A stretch of DNA of 64,000 nucleotides from Antedon mediterranea (lineage: Eukaryota > Animalia > Echinodermata). Both the position numbers and the translations under genes were made by a program. Below the pieces are notes generated by a model, which saw only the letters and a program-made list of their open reading frames with translations, was not told the origin of the DNA and searched no databases. This document shows positions 14,301 through 24,000 of the stretch, one piece after another. The DNA is taken from assembly GCF_964355755.1 (NCBI RefSeq), contig NC_092677.1, forward strand, positions 27,825,175-27,889,174. The letters run 5' to 3'. Positions within the stretch are counted from its first letter, which is position 1; the number at the start of each line of letters is the position of its first letter.

Positions 14301-17300
14301 GAAGATGGTTAATATCCTGAATTTTAAGAAGACCAAATGAAGAAAATAAAGGATTGGAATGGGATAAAGGAGGAGCATTTGCTATGTATCTTACGGTTTT
14401 CCTTTGGATCAATAACAGTTTGTTTAAGTAGGACGGGTATGTATTACCCAAATAATATTACAATAAGTGAGGTAAGGGAGGATTAGTGAACAGTAAAGAA
14501 TCCGGAGTATGTTTTGAGGGATGAAAGATGATAATCTATATATGATACCAGAACTTTTGGATATTTTGTTTTCGACTTGAGTAATCTGATGTTTCCAATT
14601 TAGCTTACAGTCCAGATAAACACCAAGAAATTTAGTTTTCTCAACAATAGGTATTAATTGATCTTTAATTTTTAGTTTAAAAGTACTAGTATTTAGTGGT
14701 ATTTGAGAATTTTTGAACACCATACAACAGCACTTCTTTAGATTAACAGAAAGTTTGTTTGCAGAAAAGTATGTTAACATTTTGGGTAGATTTTCGCCGT
14801 TGATATTTTAAAAAGGGAATCTATATTTTTATCAGTGTAAATAAGGGTTGTGTCATCAGCATACAACAGAAAAGAAAACATATTTGAGGCATTATGGATA
14901 TCATTTATGTATAATAAAAATAATAGAGGCCCAAGCAGGGAACCTTGAGGGACTCCACAAATAATAGGAAGAAAATCCTTCCAGTACCGGTAATTTGTTT
15001 TCTTTCAATTATTGGCATGGTCAAGTACTTAAGTTGCAGCGAAACTCAATATATAGTGAACACCACACAACAGGTGTTGTAAGTTTGACCGCCTGTGTCC
15101 AATGTTAGGTCCAGTCGTCGTACTGAAATATGTCACCACTTAAAATGAAGTCACTGTAAATTGGTTCGCGAATAGACCTACAGTACAAAGTTCATATAAA
15201 TCACAATCTTATATACTCATTTTATATACTGTTCATATCAAATTGTTTTGTTTGAATATAGATTATGAAATACTACCGAACGTTTACAATGGTAAAGTTC
15301 AGTCGTTATTTTTATACCGAGGGAGGTGTAGTCACTATCAATACTATAGGCCTACCCATATGACAACAATATTTATAAATTTTGAATATCAGAATTCGTT
15401 TGTAATTGCTGGTATTCCCATGCTATTACCTTAGTTATGGAAGCCAGAGGAATAAATGCATTTTTACACTTTTCCTATATACAGTATTTTCATATAAATG
15501 TATTATTGATTGATTGATTGAAATATTTATTTATACTGGGTAACCTCTTCAGTCAATGACTGGTCTCCCAGAGGGCCCAGTTGGTGATCAGTGGCTGTGA
15601 TGTACTAATACACCGGGGTAACCCCCTACTCGTCTCGAAAGATGTACTAGGTTCTTTAAAGTGCACACGAGCTAGATGTATACACTGGACCTACGGTTTA
15701 TAGTCCTTATCCGAGAATCTTGTTGTTCTTGTCTGCTCTTCTTTTTGTTTTTCTTAAGCTATTTACTATCATTGCTATTGTTTGTAATCTTTTTCTTGTC
15801 TTTTATTATGAATTAATAATTGTGTTTACATAGTACACAGTGTACTCAGAAGAATACAAATTATTGTATTGATTATCACATACTTGGTGTTCAATTTAGC
15901 CTAACTAACGTTGTTTCAAAATGCCTATGGGCGTGGTGTAGGCAATGTTTAACTTTTAATCTTCCTTGTCTTTTATTATGAATTAAAAATTGTGTTTACA
16001 TAGTACACAGTGTAACTCAGAAGAATACATATTATTGTATTGATTATCACATACTTGGTGTTCAATTTAGCCTAACTAACGTTGTTTCAAAATGCCCAAG
16101 GCGTGGTGTAGGCAATGTTTAACCTTTAATCTTCCTTGGTATTCCAAATACCTGGCACCATGCCGATATAAAAATAAAAGATTGGAAGAACAAATGAGAA
16201 AATAAGGGAAAACACAGTAAACTAATGATGTGGAATACATTGGTATCAAATGCCCAATGGTTAATAACACTGAAAAATAAATATTAATTTAAGGAAAGAA
16301 AAATGAAAGGTGGACAAATTAGTGTAAAACAAGAATATTTCTTACAAAAAACGCTGCTCGCTTATTGTTATTGCTAAGGTCAAGTCTGGGGGTCACTTCA
16401 TCACGCCTAGATACTTCAAGTATCCTATTACAAACAAAAACTTCAATGGACTGTTTTGATAATAATTCAATGATTATCTTACAGTGAATTATAGTAATAT
16501 CATGGGACTCATAAATACCAGAAATGCTTTGGGATTTGTCATTAGACTCTTTTCCCAGCCGTTTTTTTGGACTCAACAGGTGGTACCTATAAATTAATTA
16601 TAGTCGAGTTTCCATTTTAACAAAAATATCAAAATGTAATACGGTACTATACTGCTGCTTGATTTCATCTAATGAATGAGTCATCTCGTTTGACGTAGCG
16701 GGCTAGAGCAGCAGCGTGAAAAAAGTACAGATATAATACTATGTATAAATTACTATGTATTAAGCAGAAAAGACTAAGAGTGACATAATTTCATTCTTCT
16801 CTGGTAATAAGCAGGTCGAACCAACCATTTATTTTATTTATTTCAACATAATTTAGTGTTGTTCATCCAGCCGAAGCTGATTAACATAAAACGGGAAACT
16901 ACATTTTAATATAACTGATTCAATTTTGGTTGGTGCTTAAAACAAGCTTTTAAAATGTTGATGATCATAAATATTAGCTTAAAAAATAAGTTAATAGGAC
17001 AGAAAATACGATTTCATAAGAAAAGGCTGTTTAGTTGAATTGGTAAACCTGTCGTTAAAAAATTCCAGTAGTAAGAAACAAACGATTTTTTTTAGATTCT
17101 TCTTTAATTTTTAAAACAAACTAAGTTTTGAATTCTAATTACGTTATAACAAATAATAAATACACACTCCATTAATACAGAATTAGAATAGGCTAGTTTT
17201 AATTGTCTTTATGTTCCTAATGTTATCATTAATAATAATTATGAATATTGTAGCCTATATTTAGATTTGGACCGAGTCCTTCTAAGTACTAAGTACCGTT

Positions 17301-18144
17301 TTTTGACTTATCCTGGAAGACGACAAATGTTACGTGAGGGCGTGTGGCGCATTGTGTTGGACGTTGGACTACCGATCGTCAGACCTAGGTTCGAATCCAA
17401 CTCTCGCCGCATTGCTTGTATCCGTAGGCAAGGTACTTTACTTACGTTGCCTCTCTCCACCCAGGTGTATAAATGGGTACCCAGTTAGATCTAGACACAA
17501 CTGCGCTGGTTACCGGCTGCATTATGGGAGTATGTTTCCATACGTGTTTGATCCCAAAAAATACTGGGGTAATAATGCTTGTAAAGCGCCTTTGAGCATG
17601 ATTACTCATTATTATTACTAACAATTTTATTTTAAACGATGCTGAAAACTAAAATAGACCTAATCCTAATAGTAGGGCCTACATAGAGAACCGTTCCTAA
17701 AAAAACAACTCTCTGACAATAAAAATAATCATAATTGGTCTCAAATGTTGAAAGTTAGACATCGACGTAGGCCTAGGTTGAAATATAGGCGGCTATGGCC
17801 ATTCCATTCACAGGTAAAAACCACTTAAAATTCAAACGATGTTTAAATTTGTACGAGTATTGTACTTATTTGATCATTGTTTGTTAACAAGTCTATTCAA
17901 TTCCCAGTAAAAAATAAAATTTATTAACATTATGTTATTAAATTCCCAATTAATAAATCACCAAATTGGAAAATAAATACACTTTACGGCATGAATAATT
18001 TACTAGACATAATGACATGAAACAAATATTATTATAATATGCTTATTATTCGATTCAGAAAAAAAAACATCAATTACCTGTTGAGGCCGTAGCAATTGAT
18101 ACCACAGCTGAGGCGGCGAGGACAAGAATATACCAGGTGTTCAT
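2361..18144 (-). CDS. Alpha-carbonic anhydrase, secreted and probably GPI-anchored (CA4-like architecture), 8 coding exons
   Basis: Exons 18078-18144 (signal peptide), 4944-4967 (24-nt micro-exon GWSYSGND), 4608-4775 (QSPINI, NNGHS), 4029-4174 (QFHFHWG, GSEH, YPAE), 3652-3750 (MHMVH, LAVLG), 3422-3488, 2896-3062 (FYRYNGSLTTPNC), 2361-2552 (FRPVQALNGR plus hydrophobic C-terminus). All junctions are GT-AG and phase-compatible. The three Zn-ligand His and the proton-shuttle His are present. Linking exon 1 across 13 kb is inferred from phase and content. Confidence 0.92.
4227..4441. mobile_element. Degenerate palindromic MITE-like insertion in a CA intron
   Basis: The left end (tcagacaatgtcgtacgacgag) is an imperfect inverse of the right end (ctcgtcctacgatgctgtctga); it is a GC-rich island in an AT-rich intron. 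Confidence 0.5.
5249..6550 (+). CDS. LINE ORF1: coiled coil, SGNH-type esterase domain and two CCHC zinc knuckles
   Basis: 433-aa ORF with heptad-like segment (LKNKIKSCEDKIAESKRKLQE), SGNH blocks IGDS, RGA, HVGTND, GLHLN, and C-terminal CHYCSESGHTNRVC and CWKCKQSGHKAKLC. Confidence 0.88.
   Translation: MVNLSLSLASATFNKTMEESSVCESLCEDMTSDTGFQYFLHPITSTPRCIKKSRPSRGNVRPKYCDSITQTTKTRTFDIGIQTPISWDQTPLLKNKIKSCEDKIAESKRKLQEYQDVNSNFVQLASSFKELCERNASLETQIASLQALLTENEFHTASHPISNPVMCKSNSQSIALHNSFNALQKEFKSPALASEKNHAAENFQSDITIQNKRNLIIGDSMLKLVKTKGLCDTAVKTLRGAITTQVSDTLDQMDLSKVQNVILHVGTNDCSELNFKLDQLKEDFSDLMVRLRHKTSGNIYVSSICPRLDDPEINMRVLEANKMLKSVYGNCFIDHTLAFSSEKGYDASKFTRHGLHLNKYGTSTLIKSINKVVSILFPVKRQERTKSANVRCHYCSESGHTNRVCRHGGPVICWKCKQSGHKAKLCQVQDMRK
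6747..9590 (+). CDS. LINE ORF2: APE endonuclease plus reverse transcriptase (CR1/L2 group)
   Basis: Uninterrupted 947-aa ORF. Endonuclease motifs NVRS, TETW, YYRPP, GDFN, LDLVF, CDH; RT motifs KSPGPD, YRPVSL, QFGFR, FLDFSSAFDKV, GVPQGSVLGP, FADD, FLGV. Confidence 0.96.
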   Translation: MIDSKLGSDSKNKLNVFYCNVRSVKNKLHDINSRFNSSFYDIISMTETWLDNSIYDSQIFNNDYIVFRKDRNSHGGGVLIAVKTSLHPSKCHELNDNILELLWLECYTGIGKILIGVYYRPPSSNIQYTNALYTNLEKVQRKMTQYKWVSLIGDFNIHIEWNDIQVDKSSGLTSLANGLLDATNSTGLVQVLKQPSYITRDSKGHFLDLVFVSNPLLIEKCRTIYNFESCDHEAVEISVKVSYKRAKDITKTVYALKKADFSKMQTILDNFNWENCFQYNNISDIWETISSNINFAISKSVPNKKGKKSKSFPWITPEIKKLCTKKRKLYKIAKQVGTEESINKFKSCSRELKKSIYCSHRDYVVNISNKATTDIKQFWAYIRSIKNDSDVISFKINNTIVSDANVLANLFNTQFVNNFCIDNDQHCDLDTIDCLTNFECEPFVMPEVFYALSQLNVSKSPGPDCLLPIFLKSCKAQLANVLCTFFNLTVQKGILPKQWKDANVVPIFKRNGKPKDEMKSYRPVSLTPIICKIIEKLLCYRLREYLEYNNILSENQFGFRQMYSTELLLSKVFNSWAKSLELKGCKNIDIIFLDFSSAFDKVSHKRLIKKLNNCGIGGNTNAWITDFLSNRRQRVIYRGEKSEWVNVTSGVPQGSVLGPLLFLIYISDIVNNISSSLFQFADDHTLSRPIYNNNDCKLLQKDLDSIAKWANVNKLPLNPVKCAVMHVTRCKDIVNWDYTIESDNIPKVTEFKFLGVYVNISLSCHTQTNYICCKASRLLGFISKCSKNMSWLAMLNLYKALLLPVITYCCSMWAPFEKSHINRIESIQRKATRIIMFRKKGSWDTSYFHRLKVLELSIDDLFKLHRLSLGFKLLKGYCPHSFNEYIKTSERCPGRLLRWNSKGNTFHNSVFVSFPRLWEQIPNDIKDSQTISIFKAALTKHYISCYV
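9749..11172 (+). mobile_element. 5'-truncated L1/Tx1-clade LINE with poly(A) tail and 13-bp target-site duplication
   Basis: ORF 9763-10176 encodes the L1/Tx1-type C-terminal zinc-binding region (FKLLHRIL...CDRC...EEHMLLKC) followed by a stop. AATAAA and a poly(A) run end at about 11174. AAGATCTGGGTAG occurs at 9736-9748 and 11173-11185. Confidence 0.88.
12545..13350. repeat. Minisatellite, 20-bp unit CCGACTGTAGAAAC(A/T)GAATA, about 40 copies
   Basis: Directly visible tandem array with point variants; it accounts for the ORFs 12403-13368 and 12542-12874. Confidence 0.97.
13800..14975 (-). mobile_element. Degenerate 5'-truncated CR1/L2-group LINE (RT C-terminal half and 3' UTR)
   Basis: Minus strand gives GVPQGSLLGPLLF and YADD near 14850-14960, FLGVYLDCKLNW in 14424-14780 and GPKLWD in 14029-14451, with frameshifts between them. 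Confidence 0.88.
15505..15716 (-). mobile_element. 5'-truncated copy of the Deu/Nin-domain-like SINE
   Basis: Near-identical to the core and tail of the copy at 38405-38714 but lacks the tRNA head; ends in (CAAT)n. Confidence 0.8.
15794..16138. repeat. Tandem duplication of an approximately 170-bp non-coding unit
   Basis: cttgtcttttattatgaatta...gcgtggtgtaggcaatgtttaac...aatcttcctt occurs twice back to back with few differences. Confidence 0.9.
17336..17618 (+). mobile_element. tRNA-derived SINE with CORE-like centre and L2-type tail
   Basis: A-box-like TGGCGCATTG, B box GGTTCGAATCC, central ggcaaggtacttta...ccacccaggtgtataaatgggtacc, 3' tgtaaagcgcctttgagca and (ATT)n. Family assignment is from recalled consensus features. 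Confidence 0.72.
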
Positions 18145-21080
18145 CTTTCAAAGTCGGTTTACCAAATGAAAGTTCTGTTCTGAATCCAATACGTCAGCTG
18201 TGGATAAAATCACTCAAGCATGTCAATCAGTTTACTGGCGGTACAAAGATCACCCGCCAGTTATCATTCAAAGACCACTTCATTTTGACCGTTTCAAAAA
18301 GCATTTTAATGATTACAAAAATTGTTTAAGAACCTTTACTACGAATTATATAGACCTGCATTTTACCTTTTTTGTTTCAACAAGTTATCAAATTCGAACA
18401 TGATGAGCGTACTCTATGCGCATCACATCGATATTACGCGATGACGTCAGGTTCAGGCAGCGTATAAGTGGCAGGAGAGCGAATGGCTCTCTGAGTGGTG
18501 GTGGCAGGAGCGGCAGTCGAGAATAGTGTCACTAGGTCTATACCATTTTGGGAAAATTAGCATATTTATGCTAATTGGTATATTGATGCTGGGTGGCAGA
18601 CACACGTATTTAGGCCTATATATAGCCTATTTGAATATGCTAAGGGTATTCAAAGGCTTTGAACTAAAAATAATTCGAGAACAATGATCAACTTCATTAC
18701 CCGGCACAAATTAGTATATATACACACCACGTAATATAGTAGGCCTACCTGATGAGTTGTAGCCTACACATAACCTTCTTCTCATAGAATTAAAAAAAAA
18801 AAACGATTTAAAGGCACTTGTTCCGGTCTCTGGTTATTCTTTTTTATGTTCTATTCTGTGTGCCAAAATATTATTCTTTTTACCAATAAAATGGAAATGC
18901 ACTTTTATATTTTATATTGCCCTACTAACGCAGATGTTTTGCATTGGGGTTTATAGCATGGGGTAACGTCTACTCCATGGTTCATAGACATGGGCATTGT
19001 TTCCAAAACGAAAGAACTGTAAGAAAACAGAACTAAGTCAGGGGTAATGAAAGAAAGGTAAGAAAGAAATAGGGTTTCTGAAAATATGACATTGTTCCGT
19101 TCACACGGAAAGCAGAAAGCAGTGCATTCATTAAAAAATTAATGAGATGCATCCAGGTCATAAAAAAGATCAGTGAACCCGTAATCAACACTGCCTGCAC
19201 GTTTTGCATCGAATACAGGTGGTCAAACTCATTAAGGAAACGTTTTATAAAAATGATATATTAAATTTTAAACAGAAACCTTGTTGAAAATGTTTTGACA
19301 TTTCGATTTAATAAAGCGATAAGCCGCAATACGTCAAGGACTGTTTCCATTAATCATCCAATTGGAGAAGTTACGGTGCTTAACGTGTAACCCGTATGCA
19401 GTAAATCATTATTTATAAGAGGGCTACAAAACATTTAATGTGTCTACCTCGTCTACTTTGACAGGTGAACCACCACTAGACCATACAGGTATACTAGACG
19501 GACTACTAGCTGACTAGACCTACAGTGTTTTCAACCTTGATCTTGGCTCTGTTTTCAACACCGAACCTGGTTCTCAATTAACTCATTTGTATTTAAAATA
19601 TTTGTACTGTTCTATGTATGTAACTGTTTTATGAGTTCTTTATTTTAGGTATTTTAATGTGACAATGCCAAAGGAAAACAAATTTCCAAAATTTATTGGA
19701 CGAATAAATATATATCTTATATCCTATGACGTCCCAACGCAAACAATTTAACCAATCAAGAGACAGTTTGGGACGATCTCGTACAGAAAATAATCTACTG
19801 ATATTCGTCGTCTGGATTGATCGAATTTTTTTCTTTTCTCGAAACTGAACCGCTATCTACAACTCCGGATTCTGAAACGGGGGCGACGGCCTAAAAATTA
19901 GGCGCTGAACAAAACCTATATTTTAAATTGTAATTTTCGAAATCTACCCCCACCTTTGTATCCGCAAATTACCTTGTATGACCACGTTTGACGAAGACAG
20001 ACAACCACCGGATAACACATAGCGCTACCCCCCGGATCCGCCCTTTGAATCATTTCAAGTTGACCGATTTGTCACCTCGTGTTTTTGAGGAGCCGAAGAA
20101 AAAAACAAAGTTGGCCTATTGTTAACATATTTTAACTTAATTTTATGGGTTTGACACAGATACAGATTTTTATACAAATAGTTAATCTTTATGGAGTAGA
20201 TATAGGTAATAAACAATATAGAACAATGTATGAAAATCTTCCGATGTCTTGATGAATGTATCCTGTCTAGCCTTACGGAACAATGACATAACCACTGTTC
20301 AACCCGTTCAGTTATTGAATGCCATGCTTGTTGTCAAAAATTCCTGAAAAACGCATGACTGCAACAATATACCGATTGGGAACTGTTGATTCCGTAAGTA
20401 AAAGCATAAGTATAAAAGTTTTATTGAGTGATCTTGTTTCTACAGTACATTCAATAGTATTTGGAACTTGTTGTATGGTAGGCATACATGTCGCAGACCT
20501 TATCACTTCATGATAAAATATCGTAAAAGTCTTTTATATCGGCCTATATAATATAATAGACAATATATATATAAGACATAAAGCATGAACTATTATAACT
20601 ATGTTATGACTTTGCTATTAAAATATAATAACCTACCTGTACCCTAAATAGTGCCAAAATCGGCAATAATCAGTATATATATATATATATAAATTTATTT
20701 TAAATAATTATTTATTATAGATTACACAGTTACTTAGGCCTAGAAAAAAATTTATTTGAACTAATTATTTATCTAGAGATAAATGTATATTATATTTGAA
20801 AGAAAACAAGTGTTGAATACGGTGAGACCGCGCTATACAAAATTTAAATCTTAACAGTAACAATATAGGCTAAACAACAAAATATATGTTTAGTTTCTGG
20901 ATGCGTCTAAAGGATAATTTATTATTATACAAGGGATCATTATTTTACTGGAAACATTTGTTTTTGTTTTCAAGGGAGATTTGTCCTTATTGTAAAACAC
21001 TTTACATGTTTTAATACTTTAAAAAAGTCAATAATGTTATGTAAGTTATATTTGTGAGAGTAATAACTTCAAAGTATAAT

Positions 21081-24000
21081 TTAGGAAATCTGGTCGTTCA
21101 TTACATGTTTTTTCTTAAATGTAATCACCACAGCAACCAACATTCCAAGAAACATGGTTATTGATACGGCTAGAATAACTCGATCTGTGCCGATCCCAGA
21201 TGAACTATGTATTCCGTCTCTCAAGCTTAAATCTACCATCGATACATCTAGTAAAAACGGATTTTATCAAAGTTATACGTTTAGACCACAATTAAAATCA
21301 GAACTATTAGGCCTATGTTTCACTTTTTCTTCTTAAATTAATTACATATATTTTTTATCTGGAAGACCAAACTTAAAACCTTGATTTAATGTGTCCTCAC
21401 ACAATTATATTTAATAATTTATCAAATGTTCTGTATATTTTATTATATGATATTGTTTGAAACAAACTTGAACTTGGATATTAATCGCTGCTTAGTCCAT
21501 TGTCGTCAATATCATCACGTCTTATATTTTGTCACTATTGCATTGCACGCACAATTTCGCCTATATTGTCATACTTTTAAAGTTATCATCACTATCATAT
21601 AAAACAACTTTACCACATGCTATCCTCATTAAGAATAGTTATCTTGTTTTAATTTAAAATAGCAAATTGTTACTTACCGTTAATTTCTCTTTTCTTTTTC
21701 CTACCTACAATAATTAAAGAACAACAATAAATATGTTTGATTAATTAATTATAACATATTGCGCATACAATTGACATAGATTAAGATTTTTTTTTTTCTC
21801 TCTTTTGCTATGGATATAATATTATGTCACCATGATATTCCGAAATAAAAAGATGAATGAAATGAATGAAATGAAAATAATATCAATGAATAGAACTTTG
21901 TATGGGAGAAAGTGTTAAATTAAAGTTGCACTTACCAACTACATTAGAACAAGTGGTGCCTGCATACGGTGATGTACATTGACACTCAAAGGAAGTTGTA
22001 AACGAGCTGCAAAAGCCGCCATTTTCACATGGATTACTGCTACATGGATCTGAAGCTGTAATGGTTATGTTTTAAAAGACTCTTGAAACCGAATTCAATC
22101 AATTTACATACATATATATTTTCAGTGGCATATGATGACGGGCGCATGCTAATATTATTTTCATCGACGTTTAAACGCGCGCGTGTCAAGTATGTTGACG
22201 CCATGGTGACAATGTGATGACAAAAACGGTATATTGCACATCAAACGATATTAGGCCTAATAATAGATATGAGATTGATATGATTAATAGATTAATGTAA
22301 TTAAAAAAGATTTTTTTTTCTCTGGTTGCTGCGTACCACAAAAATATATATTATATTTATACATAAACTACATTGAATATTTATAATATATAACATTTTC
22401 ATTAATATGGTTTTATCTATTTTACTATACAAACATAATTGTATTATGTTATTTTTCCATAACTATTTTATAGTACATATGAATAAATAATTGTTTAAAT
22501 TAATTTTGTGATATTTCTTCTTATGCAGATATATTTATATTGTTATAAAGACTTACTAGTGTCAGCACAATGTTTTCCAATAAAACCAGCGGGACAGTCA
22601 CAAAAGAAGTAGACGTTGATATCCAGATCTGTCTGATAGACATTGTAACAAACGCCCCCATTGTCACACACACGCACGCTACACACGTCACCAATAGGAT
22701 CATTCTCTAAAATTAAAGAACGTTCAAATGATATCAATATTCATGATTATTATTTAAATAAATTATTTTTTTCTTCTTCAACAATTTTAATTTTAGAAAG
22801 ATATCAACTAATCCACTGGACTTGTTTAGTAAATAGCTAGCTACGTGGATTATTTTGATATTTTTATACAATTAATACTACCTGGATGAATGAGAATATT
22901 CATATTCTTCTTAAAAAATATGTTTCGGATAAAAATTGTATCAGACTTTAACACTTTGACTGCCAAACACGAAGATCTTCGTTTTTGGAAACACAACGTT
23001 TGACTGCCAAACACGAAGATCTTCGTTTTTCGCGTTTTTTTACGAAATCCGGTAGATAGGTTAATTATTGGTATATACTATAAATATGAACACTATATTC
23101 GGTCTGGACCGTCAATATTTTACAATTTGAAAGTAACTAATCTGGTTACGAACGATTGTCAAAATGGTACCTGTCGAAATAACAAACACCGCGCATCACA
23201 GTAGCGCGTAGAGCGATGGCTTGGCGCATTGTGTATCGGTCGCGCGCTAGCTATGCCGCCGAAGCATTACAAAGGTTTTGTGGATTGACATGTTTGTTTG
23301 TTATCTGAATAAAAAATAATGGAGTCATTTTCAATATGAAGTCTTTAATTTTATTATTGTATGTATACCCTAATTGTTTTGGTGTTTTACTGAAAGTGAC
23401 CGAGTTTCACGAAACAAACTTGTTTTGAAATGGTATGGATATTATCATCAGTTTACTATCTAGGCTAGGCTAGTAGTACTAGGCTAGCCTAGGCCTAGGC
23501 CTAGTCGTAAAACGGTTCCGGACCAACTTTAGGCCTGGTTAACTAGGCCTGGTGTCTTTACTATGTGGATTTTGGCGAAACATTGATATAAGATTTATGA
23601 TTTATAAAATGTAATACATTTTTCGATAGTGATAACTTATTTTTATAGGCCTATCGGTGCCGTGTAAGTAACTTTTTCGTTGTTTGTTGATCTCACCGGG
23701 CGATATTTTCATATTGTAATGTCTTGCACAAAATCGCGAATATCTCGACTTTCTTGCGCGAAACTACGAAAAACTCAAAAAGTGGGTTACTTTCATTTTA
23801 CTATTACGATTTACATATTGTGATTTAAAAATCGTTCTTGATACCATTGTAAAGCTAAAATCTTTATGATTATTTTAGTCTAAATTAAATATAAATCAGA
23901 TCACATAAATGGTTTCAATCAGCTTTAATATAAACATCGAATTGGGCTAAAAACGCTGGCGGTGGCAGTTTCTAACTTGAAAAACCTCTGGCAGTCAAAG

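Noticed and set aside
16152-16270. Hydrophobic exon-like segment as CA exon 1
   Set aside because: The ATG frame ends in phase 2, incompatible with the phase-1 micro-exon; 18078-18144 fits better.
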